Assembly: GCF_018977255.1 (NCBI RefSeq)
Contig: NW_024705111.1
Span: forward strand, 1 to 64,000
DNA: 64,000 bases
Source: Callorhinchus milii
Taxonomy: Eukaryota
Direction: 5' to 3'
The position numbers and the translations under genes were made by a program. Of this stretch, positions 10,635 through 23,465 are shown piece by piece; position 1 is the stretch's first letter, and every line of letters starts with the position of its first letter. The notes beneath the pieces are model-generated. The model did not search any database, had not been told where the DNA came from, and saw only the letters and a list, made by a program, of their open reading frames with translations.

Positions 10635-12094
10635 CGGGAGCGGAGTCAAGGAGGAGGAGTGGAGCTGAGGCCTAGCAGCGGGTATTAAAACCCCACGAGG
10701 TGAGGGGTGTCGCACATCTACAAAAGTGATTTTGGCATGACGTCATAACTAAAAAATGGCCTGGCAGCCCCGGTCACTGCCATCCCAGCCATCACCACAC
10801 AGCCTGAGGGCTGATGCCAACCCACTTATTGCTCGCTCCCGGTCTCTGTGTGCTCCCCGCCCGAGCCTCCCCCTCCACTCTAAATGTCTCTCCTCCCACC
10901 CCTCAATGTCTCTCCTCCCACCCCCCTCTATCCGCTACTCCCCTCTGACCTTCTCTCCCACCGCCCTCCCCGCCTTCTCTCTCTCCACGACCCCATCACC
11001 GCTGCCCTCTGCTCCAGCCTCGGCATCCTCCACCGGGCTCTTCGTGGCTCCCGGCACTGGCTGTCCCAGAGCAGCCACCCCACGTGTCCCATTACTCACT
11101 CCCTCCGCTCAAACCGCCTCCTTAAGGCAAACACAACTTCCCCCTCCATCATACGTAGACCTCCACAACTCTCCATTCACACCACTCTCTACAGCCATCT
11201 CCCTGTACGCCCCCAAATCCTCTCCGCATCACTCTCTCCTCCCTTTCCTCACCACCAGCAAACCCACCCGCATTTCCTTTCAAAATGTCCGTTCCCTCTC
11301 TAACAAAGCCCTCACCACCCATGACCTCATCCTGGATGATCACCTCGACATTCTTGGGTTCATCGAAACATGGCTCTCCCCCAATGTCCCCTTCCCCCGA
11401 GTTGAAGCCTCCCCTCCAGGCTACACCTTCACCACACCCCCCGGCCAAATCAACATGGTGGCGGGGTAGACCTCATCTCCAAAGCCTCCCTTGGCCTCAC
11501 TCCCTACTCCTCTGGCTGCTTCCCCTCCTTCAAGAACCTCACCCTCTTCCATCCCTCTCTCCCATTGAAAATCCTCCTCGTCTACCCGCCCCTAAGCCCC
11601 CCGGCTCCTTCCTCTCTACATCTCTACTCTCCTCTCTTCCCTGTCCCTCTGCTCCAAGCGCCTGCTCATAATGGGCGATTTCAATCTCCACCTAAACTCC
11701 CCTTACACCACTTCTGCCGATTTCACTGTCCTCCTCTCCTTAAACCTCATCCTTCGCATAAACTCACCCACCCACAACCTTGGTCATGCCCTCGACCTCG
11801 TCATTACCCACGGCCTTGACATTTCCGACCTTAGCACAGTGGACAAGGCCATTTCGGATCACTTCCTCATCTCATTCTCCTCTCACATCCCTCTCTCCTC
11901 CACCAAGCCCTCAACCATTATCTACCACCCGTGGAAAAGGCTACCCCCTGAGACCCTCACAAACGCCCTCTCATCATCAAACATCCTATCCCTCTGGCCT
12001 TCCACGCACAGAGATCCTAAAGCAGCCGTCCAGTTGCTCCCTGATCATCCCTCATCCACCTTCAACTCCCTCTTCCCCCTAAAATCCAGGACCA

Positions 12095-12650
12095 TCTCCA
12101 AACCCACCCGATCCCCCTGGTACAACCACCATCTCCAAACCCACCCGATCCCCCTGGTACAACAACCATCTCCAAACCCACCCGATCCCCCTGGTACAAC
12201 CATCTCCAAACCCTCCCGATCCCCCGGTACCACAACCATCTCCAACCCCTCCCGATCCCCCGGTACCACAACCATCTCCAACCCCTCCCGATCCCCCGGT
12301 ACCACCACCATCTCCAAACCCACCCGATCCCCCTGGTACAACAACCATCTCCAAACCCACCCGATCCCCCTGGTACAACCATCTCCAAACCCACCCGATC
12401 CCCCTGGTACAACAACCATCTCCAAACCCCCGATCCCCCTGGTACAACAACCATCTCCAAACCCTCCCGATCCCCCTGGTACAACAACCATCTCCAAACC
12501 CTCCCGATCCCCCTGGTACAACAACCATCTCCAAACCCACCCGATCCCCCTGGTACAACAACCATCTCCAAACCCACCCGATCCCCCTGGTACAACCACC
12601 ATCTCCAAACCCTCCCGATCCCCCTGGTACAACCACTGTCTCCAATCCCA
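12095..12650. repeat. ~33-37-bp minisatellite inside L2 (ccatctccaaacccacccgatccccctggtacaac)
   Basis: Tandem units copied from the L2 segment encoding TISKPTRSPWYN. Confidence 0.92.
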
Positions 12651-13884
12651 CCCGTTCCCCCCGATACAACAACCCTCATCCTTCACTCATTCCTCCCCAT
12701 CTCTCCCTCCTCTTTCTCACCAACCACCACTTCAATGAAACCCACCACCTGCTGCCTCGACCCCTTCCCCACCAACTTGCTGGTCACACAGCTCCCCCTC
12801 CTCTGCCCACTACTGGCTGACGTCATCAACCAGTCCCTCTCCTCTGGATCAGTCCCTGACCCCTCAAAACTGCTGTCATCACCCCCCTCCTCAAAAACCC
12901 TCCCGAGATCCCTCAAACCCCGGCCACTATCGCCATATATCTAACCTGCCCTTCCTCGCAAAAGTTCTAGATCGCGTTGTTGCCAACCAACTCCGCGCAC
13001 ACCTCTCCTCCCACTCCCTCTTCGAACCCCTCCAGTCCGGTTTCCGCCCACCGGACAGTACAGAGACTGCGCTCGTGAAAGTCAAAATGACATCCTCTCT
13101 ATCTGTGACCGGGGCTCCCTCTGCCTCCTTGTCCTCCTGGACCTCTCTGTCATGTTTGACACAGTCGATCACTCCATCCTCCTCCACCACCTTTCCTTCG
13201 TTATCCACCTCAGTGGGACCGCACTCGCCCGGTTCGAGTCCTGTCTCACAAACCACCAGCAGTACATCTGCACAAATAGCTTCTCCCGCTCTCACACGGT
13301 CACCTGCGGGTACCCCAAGGATCCATCCTTGGCCCCCTCCTCTTTCTGACCTACATGCTCCCTCTTGGGGATGTCATCCGCAGACATGGGGTACATTTCC
13401 ACATGTACGCGGATGACACTCAAATCTATTTTTCCACCTCACTTTGCGCCCCCCCCAGTCCCCAATGTTCTGCCTGTCAGACCTCAGGGGTTGGATGAGC
13501 GCAAACTTCCTTCAGCTGAACGTTGACAAGACGGAAGCCATACTCTTTGGCTCTCGTCAACGTCTGAAATCTCACGGTTCTCACCTCCTCCACCTGCCCG
13601 ACCTCCCCCTAAAACTCTCCGAACCCATACGCAACCATACGCAACCCAGGCATCAGGTTCGACCCCCAGTTATCCTTCCTCCCCCACATCCGGTCCCTCA
13701 CCAGCACCGCCTTCTTCCACATCCGACACATCGCCCGTCTCCGCCAATACCTCTCCCCAAAAGCCACTGAAACCCTGGTCCAGGCCTTTGTCACCTCTCG
13801 GCTGCACTACTCTAACGCCCTCCTCACCGGCCTCCCCTCCACTGCCATCCATCAAATCCTGATCATTCAAACCTCTGCCGCCCG

Positions 13885-14630
13885 CACCAAACCCCTCTCC
13901 CCGATCCCCCAGTCCTGGCCCTCCCCCCACACCCAAACCCCTCCCCGATCCCCCCAGTCCTGGCCCTCCCCCCCACACCCAAACCCCTCTCCCCGATCCC
14001 CCCAGTCCTGGCCCTCCCCCCACACCCACACCCCACTCCCCGATCCCCCCAGTCCTGGCCCTCTCCCCCACACCCAAACCCCACTCCCCGATCCCCCAGT
14101 CCTGGCCCTCCCCCCACACCCAACCCCACTCCCCGATCCCGCCAGTCCTGGCCCTCCCCCCACACCCAAACCCCTCTCCCTGATCCCCCAGTCCTGGCCC
14201 TCCCCCCACACCCAAACCCCTCTCCCCGATCCCCCCAGTCCTGGCCCTCCCCCCACACCCAAACCCCTCTCCCTGATCCCCCCAGTCCTGGCCCTCCCCC
14301 CACACCCAAACCCCTCTCCCCGATCCCCCAGTCCTGGCCCTCCCCCCACACCCAAACCCCACTCCCCGATCCCCCAGTCCTGGCCCTCCCCCACCCCCCC
14401 ACCCGATCCCCCAGTCCTGGCCCTCCCCCCAACACCCAAACCCCACTGCCCGATCCCCCCAGTCCTGGCCCTACCCCCCACACCCAAACCCCACTGCCTG
14501 ATCCCCCCAGTCCTGGCCCTCCCCCCCACACCCAAAGCCCACTCCCCGATCCCCCCTGTCCTGGCCCTCCACCCCCCACCCCCAAACCCCTCTCCCCACT
14601 CCCCCCAGTCCTGGTCAGACTGCACCGGCT
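13885..14630. repeat. ~38-bp C-rich minisatellite inside L2 (cccccagtcctggccctccccccacacccaaacccc...gat)
   Basis: Tandem units copied from the L2 segment encoding RTKPLSPIPPVLA. Confidence 0.92.
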
Positions 14631-14934
14631 CCTGTCCCGGAGAGGATCCACTTCAAGATCCTCACTCTTGTCTTCAAATCCCTCCACTCCTCTGCCCCTC
14701 CGACCTCTCTGACCTCCTCTCTCCTCACAACAGTACCCATTGCCTTTGTTCCTCAGGTCTGACCTCCTCCTCGTCCCCCGAGGCCTCCGCTCCCCCATCG
14801 GTGGCTGTGCCTTCAGCCACTGCGTCCCGAGGCTCTGGAACTCCCTCCCTCACTCCCTTCCCCTCATCCCCTCTCTTCCCATTCTCAGGTCTCAGCTGAA
14901 GACCCTTCTTTTCGACCTTTGGTCACCTTCCCCA

Positions 14935-15265
14935 CTAACCCTGGCTCCTCCCCCTCCCCCTGGCCCTCCCCTGGCCCCTCCCCCTGACACCTGCCCCTCC
15001 CCCTGGCTCCTCCCCCTGGCACCTGCCCCTCCCCCTCTCCGGGCTCCTCCCCCTCACCTAGCTCCTCCCCCTCCCTGGCCCCTCCCCTCCCCTGGCTCCT
15101 CCCCTGCCATGGCTCCTCCCCCTCCTCTTGACTCCTCCCCCTGACTCCTGTCCCTCCCCCTCCCCCAGTTCCTCCCCCTCCCTGGCTCCTCCCCTCCCCT
15201 GGCTCCTCCCCTGCCATGGCTCCGCCTCCCTCTGGCTCCTCCCCCTCCCCCTGGCTCGGCCCCGT
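14935..15265. repeat. C-rich low-complexity repeat (ctggctcctcccc) in L2 3' UTR
   Basis: Visible short degenerate units. Confidence 0.8.
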
Positions 15266-15398
15266 TACTGTGACGTGCTCTGAGACGCTGTTGGGTGTGA
15301 GGGCGCTATATAAATCCAAGTTGTTGTTGTTATCAAAACAGTAGATCAAATGCATGAATTCATGGCTGGAGATATGGTGCAGAAAGCAGAGCTTCCGG

Positions 15399-15650
15399 TT
15401 CCATAAGACCATAAGACGTAGGAGCAGGAGTAGGCCATTCAGCCCCTCGAGCCTGCCCCGCCATTTAATAAGATCATGGCTGATCCTCTAACCTAATTCC
15501 ATTTACCCGCCATATCCCTTAAATCCCTCTATCCTTCAGAAATTTATCAACCTCAGTCTTGAATATGTTCAAGGACTGAGTATCCACTCCTCTGGGGAAG
15601 AGAATGCCACAAATTCACTACCCTCCGAGTGAAGACATGTTTCCTCAACT
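15399..15650 (-). mobile_element. CR1 3' terminal fragment
   Basis: cataagaccataagacgtaggagcaggagtaggccattc, an inverted CR1 tail. Confidence 0.8.
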
Positions 15651-15659
15651 CACCTCCGC

Positions 15660-16361
15660 TAAGGCGATTAAAAACACGGTTATGGCCCTAGAAAGGGACA
15701 ATGTACTACAGGGCACAAAAATCTATTTGGTTAGAGTTAAGGAGCAGAAAAGGAGCTGTTACTGTTAGGTGTGTACTACAGACCTCCAAATAGTGGGAAG
15801 GAGATAGATGAGCAAATCTGCAAAACCAATAGAGTAGTGATAATGGGAGACTTCAATTATTCTCACATAGACTGGCAAAATAACAGGGTAAAGGGCAAGG
15901 ATTCCTGAAATGTGTGCTGGATAACTTTCAGATCAGTATGTTTCCAGTCCAACGAGGAAGGAAGAAGTGCTGTGTCTAGTTTTGGGGAATGAAGTGGCGC
16001 AGGTTTTAGGAGGAGAGGATCTGGAAAACAGTGATCACAACATCATTAGGTTTAGAGTATTTATGGCCAGGGACAAGGAGCAATCAAAGGTAAAGGTAGT
16101 CAACTGGAAGAGTGCAAATATCAATGAGTTAAAGAGGGGCCAACCAAGGTGGACTGGAAAGAAAGATTGGCAGGTAAAATGAGCAATGGGAAGCCTTCAA
16201 TGAGGAGATAGTTTGGGGACAGAACAAATACATTCCCACAAGTGGGAAAGGAGGGCATCCAAACCTCCCTGGATGAATAAGGAAATTTGGATTAAAACCA
16301 GAAAAGGGAGGCTTATGATAAATGTCAGGTCCACAATACAGAAGATAATCAAATAGAATAT
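15660..16361 (+). mobile_element. CR1 ORF2 fragment, left half of the host of the 16362-21202 insertion
   Basis: SDHNIIRF, PPWM; the QIEY|..RGELKKEIR motif continues at 21203. Confidence 0.75.
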
Positions 16362-19300
16362 AGTTAGCCAGTCAGCGGCAGGAGAGCGAGGGCCGAGGGG
16401 TGAGGGCCGAGGGGCAGGGCGAGGGGCGAGAGGTGGGGCAGGGCGAAGGGTGGGGCAGGGTGAGGGGCGGGGCGAGGGGCGGGGCGAGGAGAGCAGGCAG
16501 TGTCAGCGGATAAAAAACAGTGAGAAAATTAAAAGTGACATCAGAGCAACGTCAATATCAACACTAACTACAGACTAACAGTAACAACTATCAACACATC
16601 ACACACCACGGAATTAACTTGATTAACTTACCTTGATTGATTTAACTTAACTTGATCAACTTAATTGGATCAACTTGATTAAATTAAAAATTATTTAACT
16701 TAAGTTAACTAACTAACTCAAGTTGGAAGAGGTGACAATGGCCCGGCAGGTGTTATGTGAGGAGTGTGCCATGTGGGAGCTGACGGAGGGCAGTCTGACC
16801 CCGGGCGACCACATCTGCAGAAGATGTCTGCAACTGAGGCAGCTCCAGCTCAGAGTGGCGGAGTGGCTCAGAGTGTCAGAGTGGCGGAGCTGGAGTCCGA
16901 GGTGCAGACACTGCGGAGTATCAGAGACAGTGAGTGCTTCCTGGATAGCGACATCCTGGAGCCAGTCACTCCCCTGAGGGAATATACGCTCAACATTGAT
17001 TATGGTCAGGATAGGTCAATGGACAGTCAGGAGGTCGGGGGGACAACGGAAAGAGTGGTAGTAAATCCGGCATTAACCTGGAACAACACGTATGAGATCC
17101 TTGGAACTTGTATCGACAAGGAAGCCGGTGAGGGGGCAGGAAAAACTATCTCTAACACTGGGGCAAACGAGCGGATAGTTGTCGTCATTGGTGACGAGTC
17201 TGTTAGACAGACAGACGCCATCATCTGCAACCCCAACCAAAGGCTTCGCTGCCTCCCTGGGGCCGGGGTGAAGGAGGTCTCGGCAGGGCGAGAGGATAAC
17301 TTAAAATACGAGGGTAAGGATCCGTTGGTGGTACTTCACATCAGTACCAATGACATCAGTAGAGTCGACCAAGATGACTTGAGAAGGGAATTCGAAGAGC
17401 TGGGGTCCAAATTGAAGGCGAGATCATCGAAGGCGGTAATATCGGGACTACTGCCTGTACCGTATGACAACTGGTACAGGAACAAACAAATTAAGGACTG
17501 CAACGCGTGGCTGAAAGAGTGGTGCGGAACTCAGGGGTTCTTTTTATGAGCCATTGGCACGAGTATTGGGGGAAAAGAGAGCTCTTTCAGAGAAGAGGCT
17601 GCATTTAAATCGGGCTGGGACAAATGTCCGAGCTAAATGAATTAACAGGGAAATAAGTAGGAATTTAAACTGGTAAAGGGGGGAATATATAGGTAAGAGA
17701 AACCATAAGTTAGCATTAGAAACAGTAAAGATGACAGTGCAGAATAGCAGCAGATAATAGGAATATGTTAACGAGGGGTAAGAAGCTTTGGCAAAGCAGA
17801 TAAGGAATCAGAGAGTAGAGGAAATGGTAGGAAATTAAACATGTTATAGCTGAATGCACGAAGCATTCAAAATAAAACTGATGAACTAAAGGCACAGATA
17901 CACACATATGGGTACGATCGAGTGTCCATCACTGAAACGTCGTTTCAAGGAGATCGAGGGTAGGAGTTAAATATTCCAGGGTTCTCAGTTTACAGGAAAG
18001 ACAGGCACTGTGGGAAACAAGGTGGGGGGGGGGGGGGGGGAGAGCCCTGTTAATTAGGGATGAAATAAAAGCAGTGGAGAGGAAGGATCTGAAATCCGAT
18101 GACCAGGAGGTAGAGACAATATGGGTGGAAATAAAAAATAATAAAGTGCAGAAAATATTAATGGGAGTGGTTTATGGACCCCAAACAGCCATCACAGGTA
18201 TCAATCAGGAAATCAGTGGAGTGTGCAGGAAAGGTACAGCGATAATAGTGGGTGATTTCAATCTCCACATAGATTGGAAAAACCAAATCGGCAAAAGTAG
18301 GTCAGAAGAAGAGTTCATTGAGTGTATGAGAGATAACTTTCTGGAGCAGCCGAGGAACCAACTGGGACAGGCCATCCTAGACCTTGTTTTGTGTAACGAA
18401 ACGGCGAGTTGGCAGTGTAGGTATTAAGAGTCCTCGAGGGCAGAGTGATCACAATATGATTGAATTCTGCATTAAGTTAGAGAGGGATATAGTTAAATCC
18501 GAGGCAAGTATTCTGAATTTAAATAGGGCTAATTTTGTAGGTATGAGGAAAGATTTAGGTAAAATAGACTGGAGAATCAGATTAAGAGGTAAAAATGTAG
18601 ACCAACAGTGGCAAATATTTAAGGATGTAGTGCATAATTCTCAGCGGTCGCATATTCCCTTTGCGGAATAAGAGCACCACAGGGAAAGCAATTGATCCGT
18701 GGCTAACCTGAGCAGTAGGGAAAGCATCAAATTAAAAGAAAAGGCTTATAAAACTGCCAAGAAAAGCAGCAAATCTGAAGATTGGGAGAGTTTTAGAAAC
18801 CAGCAAAATAAAACTAAAAAACTCATTAAGAGCGAGAAAAAGGAGTATGAGGGTGAGCGAGCGATGAACACTAAGTCTGATTGTAAAAGTTTTTATAAAT
18901 ACATTAAGAGGAATAGGCTGTGAGAGTAAATGTAGGTCCACTACAGTCAGAGACGGGAGAAGTTGTAATGGGGGATAAGGACACGGCAGAGTCCCTAATG
19001 GGTACTTTGCATCTGTCTTCACCCGAGAAGACACAACCAGTCTGTCAGCAATACAGATGCACCAAAGGGATAAGGACAGGGAGCAACTTAGGGAAATTTT
19101 CATTAGTAGAGAATTGGTGTTGGGAAACTGTTAGCACTAAAATGTGACAAATCCCTGGTCCGGATTCCAGGGTTTTAAAAGAGGAGCTTATGAGATAGTG
19201 GAGGCCTTGTGTCTGATCTTCCAAAATTCCTTGGATTCTGGAACAGTCCCCATGGATTGGAAGATCGCAAATGTCACACCACTATTTAAAAAAGGTGGAA

Positions 19301-21202
19301 AGGAAAAGATGGGGAACTATAAGGCAATTAGTCTCACATCAGTGATAGGAAAAATGTTAGAATCATTAATAATAATAATCCTTGCATTTGATATAGCGCT
19401 TTTCACGTCGGGAGGACATCCCATAGCGCTTCACAGAACACACTGTAAAGTGAATTGACTGTATATTTGTGGGCGAACGCGGCAGCCAATTGCGCACAGC
19501 AATGTCCCACAAACAGTCGTAGATTGAAAATGACCAATTTATTATTGTTTTTGGTTTTGGAGGATTATTATTAGGCTCTGTGTGGAGTAAGGAAACTTGC
19601 CCGAGGTTTGGCCCTGACCCCCCGGGGATTGAACTCAGGTCTCTCGCTCGCAAAGCGAGTGCTCTAACCACTGAGCTACAGGACTCCACATTGATTAAGG
19701 ATGTGGTAGTGTGGTATTTAGGGCACAATATAATTAGGCCAAGTCAACATGGCTTTACAAAAGGGAGGTCACGTTTGACAAATCTCAGAGTTTTTTGAGG
19801 ATATTTCCAGTAAACTCGATAAGGGTGAATCATTGTTGTGGTCTATTTGGACTTCCAGAAGGCATTCGATAAGGTGCCGCATAAAAGGTTAGTCCAAAAG
19901 ATAAGGGCCCATGGAATTGGGGGGAACATATTAACGTGGATTGGGGAATGGTTAACGGGTGGGAAACAAAGAGTAGGGATAAACGGGTCCTTTTCAGATT
20001 GGCGGGATGTGACTACTGGAGTGCCACAAGGATCAGTCCTTGGGCCTCAGCTATTTACCATCTATATCAACGATCTTGATGAGGACATCAAAGTTAATAT
20101 ATCTAAATTTGCGGATGACACAAAACTAAGAGGAAGTGCCAACACAGAGGACGACATTAAAAAAAATGCAGCGCGACATAGATAGGTTAGGTGATTGGGC
20201 AGGTAGGTGGGACATGAAGTATAATGTAGGGAAGTGAGAAGTCATCCACCTCCGGAGCAAAAACAGTAGAGCGGGTTATTGTTTAGAAGGGGAGAGATTG
20301 GAATGTGTCAGCGTCCAGAGGGACTTGGGTGTCCTTGTACACAATCACAGAAAGTTAGTCTGCAGGTGCGGCAGCGATTAGGAAGGCGAACGGTATGTTA
20401 GCGTTCATTATGAAAGGATTAGAGTATAAGAGTAGGGAAGTCTTGCTGCCACTGTATAGGGCCCTGGTGAGACCACACCTGGAATACTGTGTGCAGTTTT
20501 GGTCTCCCCATTTAAGGAAGGATGTACTTGCCTTGGAGGGGGTGCAGCGTAGATTTACTGGGTTAGTGCCAGGGATGGAGGGGATGAGTTACGAGGAGAG
20601 GCTGACCAATTTGGGGCTATATTCTCTAGAATATAGAAGAATTAGAGGGATGTTATAGAAACCTATAAGATCATCAAAGGCATGATAGAGCAGATAGTGG
20701 GAGATTGCGTCCCCCGGTTGGAGAAACTAAAACCAGGGGTCACAACCTTAAAATCAGAGGCCAACCCTTTCGCACTGAGTTGAAGAAGAACTTCTTCACT
20801 CAAAGGGCAGTGAATGTATGGAACTCACTACCCCAAAGGGCTGTTGACGCTCAGTCCTCGAACATATTCAAGACTGAGATTGATAGGTTTCTTATTGCAA
20901 AAGGGACTAAGGGATATGGGGATAAGGCGGGGGGGGGGGGGGGGGGAGGCTGGCTGGGGTGGGGGGGGGATATGGGGATAAGGCAGGGGGTGGGGAGGCT
21001 GGGTGAGAGGGGGAGGCTGGCTGGGGTTGGGGGGATATGGGGATAAGGCAGGGGGGGTGGAGGCTGGGTTTGGGGGCATATGGGGATAAGGTAGGGTCAG
21101 GTTATTAGCTGGAGTTAGATTAGAAGATCAGCCATTGAATGGTGGGGCAAAGGCTCGAAGGGCCGAATGGCCTCCTCCTGCTCCTACATGTTATGTTATG
21201 TT
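16362..21202 (+). mobile_element. Near full-length degenerate CR1 (5' UTR, ORF1 from ATG 16738, ORF2 EN+RT, 3' tail)
   Basis: MARQVLCEECAMWEL..HICRRC, esterase motifs, [39 protein letters not shown], tail ctcctgctcctacatgttatgttatgtt; frameshifts present. Confidence 0.92.
19368..19689 (-). mobile_element. SINE nested in CR1 ORF2
   Basis: Full head, core and tail as in the other SINEs. Confidence 0.9.
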
Positions 21203-22500
21203 AAACTACAGAGGAGAACTGAAAAAGGAAATAAGAGGCAAAGAAATTATATGAGATAAGATTAGTGGGTAACATAAAAGGGAACCTAAGGTCTTTTAAA
21301 GCATATAAAGAATAAAAGGTTAGTCAAAGGTAGGGGTGGGGTCCAATTAGGGACCAAAGAGGAAATCTTCTTGTGGAGTAGAGGGCACAACTGACGTATT
21401 GAATGAGGACTTTGCATCTGTCTTTACAAACAAAGAGGATGCAGCCAATGCCACAGTATGGGAGGAGAGGGGAGAGAAATTGGATAAGAATAAAAGAAGA
21501 GGAGGTACTCACGTAGATAAGTCACCTGGTCCGGACGGATGCATCCTAGGTTACTGAGGGAAGCAATGGTGGAAACAGCGGAGGCTCTGGCCACAATCTT
21601 TCAATCCTCCTTGGACACCAGGGTGGTGCCAGAGGACTGAGGAGTTGCAAATATACAAAAAGGGGCAGAAGGATAAACTCGGGAACTACAGGCCAGTGCC
21701 TAACGTCAGTAGTGGGGAAACTTCTGGAGACTATAATCCGGGACAATATAAACTTTCATTTAGAAAAATATGGGTTAATAAAGAACAGTCAACATGAAAT
21801 TGTTAAAGACCGATCATGTCTAACAAACCTGATGATTTTTTGATGAAGTAACGGAGAGGGTGGATGAAGGGAGTGCAGTTGATGTCGTTTATACGGATTT
21901 TCAAAAGGCATTTGATAAAGTGACACATCAGAGACTTGTTAGTAAAACAGAAGCCCCCGGGATTAAAGGGACAGTGGCAGCGGATACAGAACTGTCTGGG
22001 AGACAGAAAGCACAGAGTGGTGGTGAACAGTTGTTTTTCTGACTGGAGGGGAGTGAGCAGTGGTGTCCCCCAGGGGGTCAGTATTGGGGCCACTGCTGTT
22101 TTTGATCCATATAAATGACATGGACTTGGGTATAGGAGGACAATTCCCAAGTTTGCAGATGATACTAAGCTGGAAAAGCAGTAAACAGTGCGGAGGATAG
22201 TAACAGACTGCAAATGGCCATAGACAGACTGGTAACACGGGCAGACACGGGGCAGATGAAGTTTAATGGGGAGAAATGCAAAGTGATCCATTTTGGGAGG
22301 AGGAATGAGGAGAGGAATATAAGCTGATGGGACAATCTTAAAGGGGTGAAGGGACCGAGAGACCTGGGGGTCATATAGTAAATCTCTGAAGGTGGCCGGA
22401 CAGGGAGATACAGCTGTTAAAAAAGCATCCGGACACGAGGCTTTATAATTAGGGCCATAGAGTACACAAGTCAGGAAGTCATGATGAGGGTCACTCGGGG
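21203..22500 (+). mobile_element. CR1 RT fragment, right half of host element
   Basis: [27 protein letters not shown] remnants. Confidence 0.85.
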
Positions 22501-22509
22501 AGAGCAATC

Positions 22510-23465
22510 AGGACAGAGCGGAGGCTGAGGCTGAGGTCAGCACTCGGTCACTCGGAGCTGAGGCTGAGGATAGCACTCGGTCACTCGGGGCGGAGGCGGA
22601 GGCTGAGGTAAGCACTCGGTCACTCGGGACGGAGGCGGAGGCTGAGGTAAGCACTCGGTCACTCGGGACGGAGGCGGAGGCTGAGGTAAGCACTCGGTCA
22701 CTCGGGGCGGAGGCTGAGGTAAGCACTCGGTCACTCGGGGCGGAGAAGGAGGCTGGGGTAAGCACTCAGTCACTCGGGGCGGAGGCTGAGGTCAGCACTC
22801 GGTCACTCGGAGCTGAGGCTGAGGATAACACTCGGTCACTCGGGGCGGAGGCGGAGGTAAGCACTCGGTCACTCGGGGCGGAGGCTGAGGTAAGCACTCG
22901 GTCACTCGGGGCGGAGGCTGAGCCTGGGATAAGCACTCAGTCACTCGGGGCGGAGGCGGAGGATAGCACTCGGTCACTTGGGGCGGAGGCTGAGGTAAGC
23001 ACTTGGTCACACGGGGCGGAGGCGGAGGCTGGGGTAAGCACTCAGTCACTCGGGGCGGAGGCTGAGGATAGCACTCGGTCACTTGGGGCGGAGGCTGAGG
23101 TAAGCACTTGGTCACTCGGGGCGGAGGCGGAGGCTGAGGTAAGCACTCGGTCACTCGGGGCGGAGGCGGAGGCTGAGGATAGCACTCGGTCACTCGGGAC
23201 GGAGGCGGAGGCTGAGGTAAGCACTCAGTCACTCGGGGCGGAGGCGGAGGCTGAGGTAAGCACTCAGTCACTCGGGGCGGAGGCTGAGGTAAGCACTCGG
23301 TCACTTGGGGCGGAGGCTGAGGAAAGCACTCGGGCACTCGGGACGGAGGCGGAGGCTGAGGGAAGCACTCGGTCACTCGGGGCAGAGGCGGAGGCTGAGG
23401 TAAGCACTCGGGGCGGAGGCGGAGGCTGAGGTAAGCACTCGGGGCGGAGGCGGAGGCTGAGGTAA
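22510..23465. repeat. ~32-38-bp GC-rich minisatellite (gaggcggaggctgaggtaagcactcggtcactcggggcg)
   Basis: Tandem units; about 590 bp in the right arm versus about 955 bp here. Confidence 0.95.

Larger units (their letters stand above)
10635..15331 (+). mobile_element. Long degenerate L2 LINE (APE endonuclease + RT) with internal minisatellite expansions
   Basis: [52 protein letters not shown]-like; 3' (gtt)n tail; 5' boundary uncertain. Confidence 0.9.

Noticed and set aside
16534-16543. AGTGACATCA, matching the TCR V-beta promoter decamer
   Set aside because: Lies in a CR1 5' UTR about 10 kb from any V exon; a generic CRE-like motif.
16362-21202. Active autonomous CR1 (or L2 at 10635-15331)
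   Set aside because: ORF2 is broken by multiple frameshifts, stops and nested insertions in both arms.
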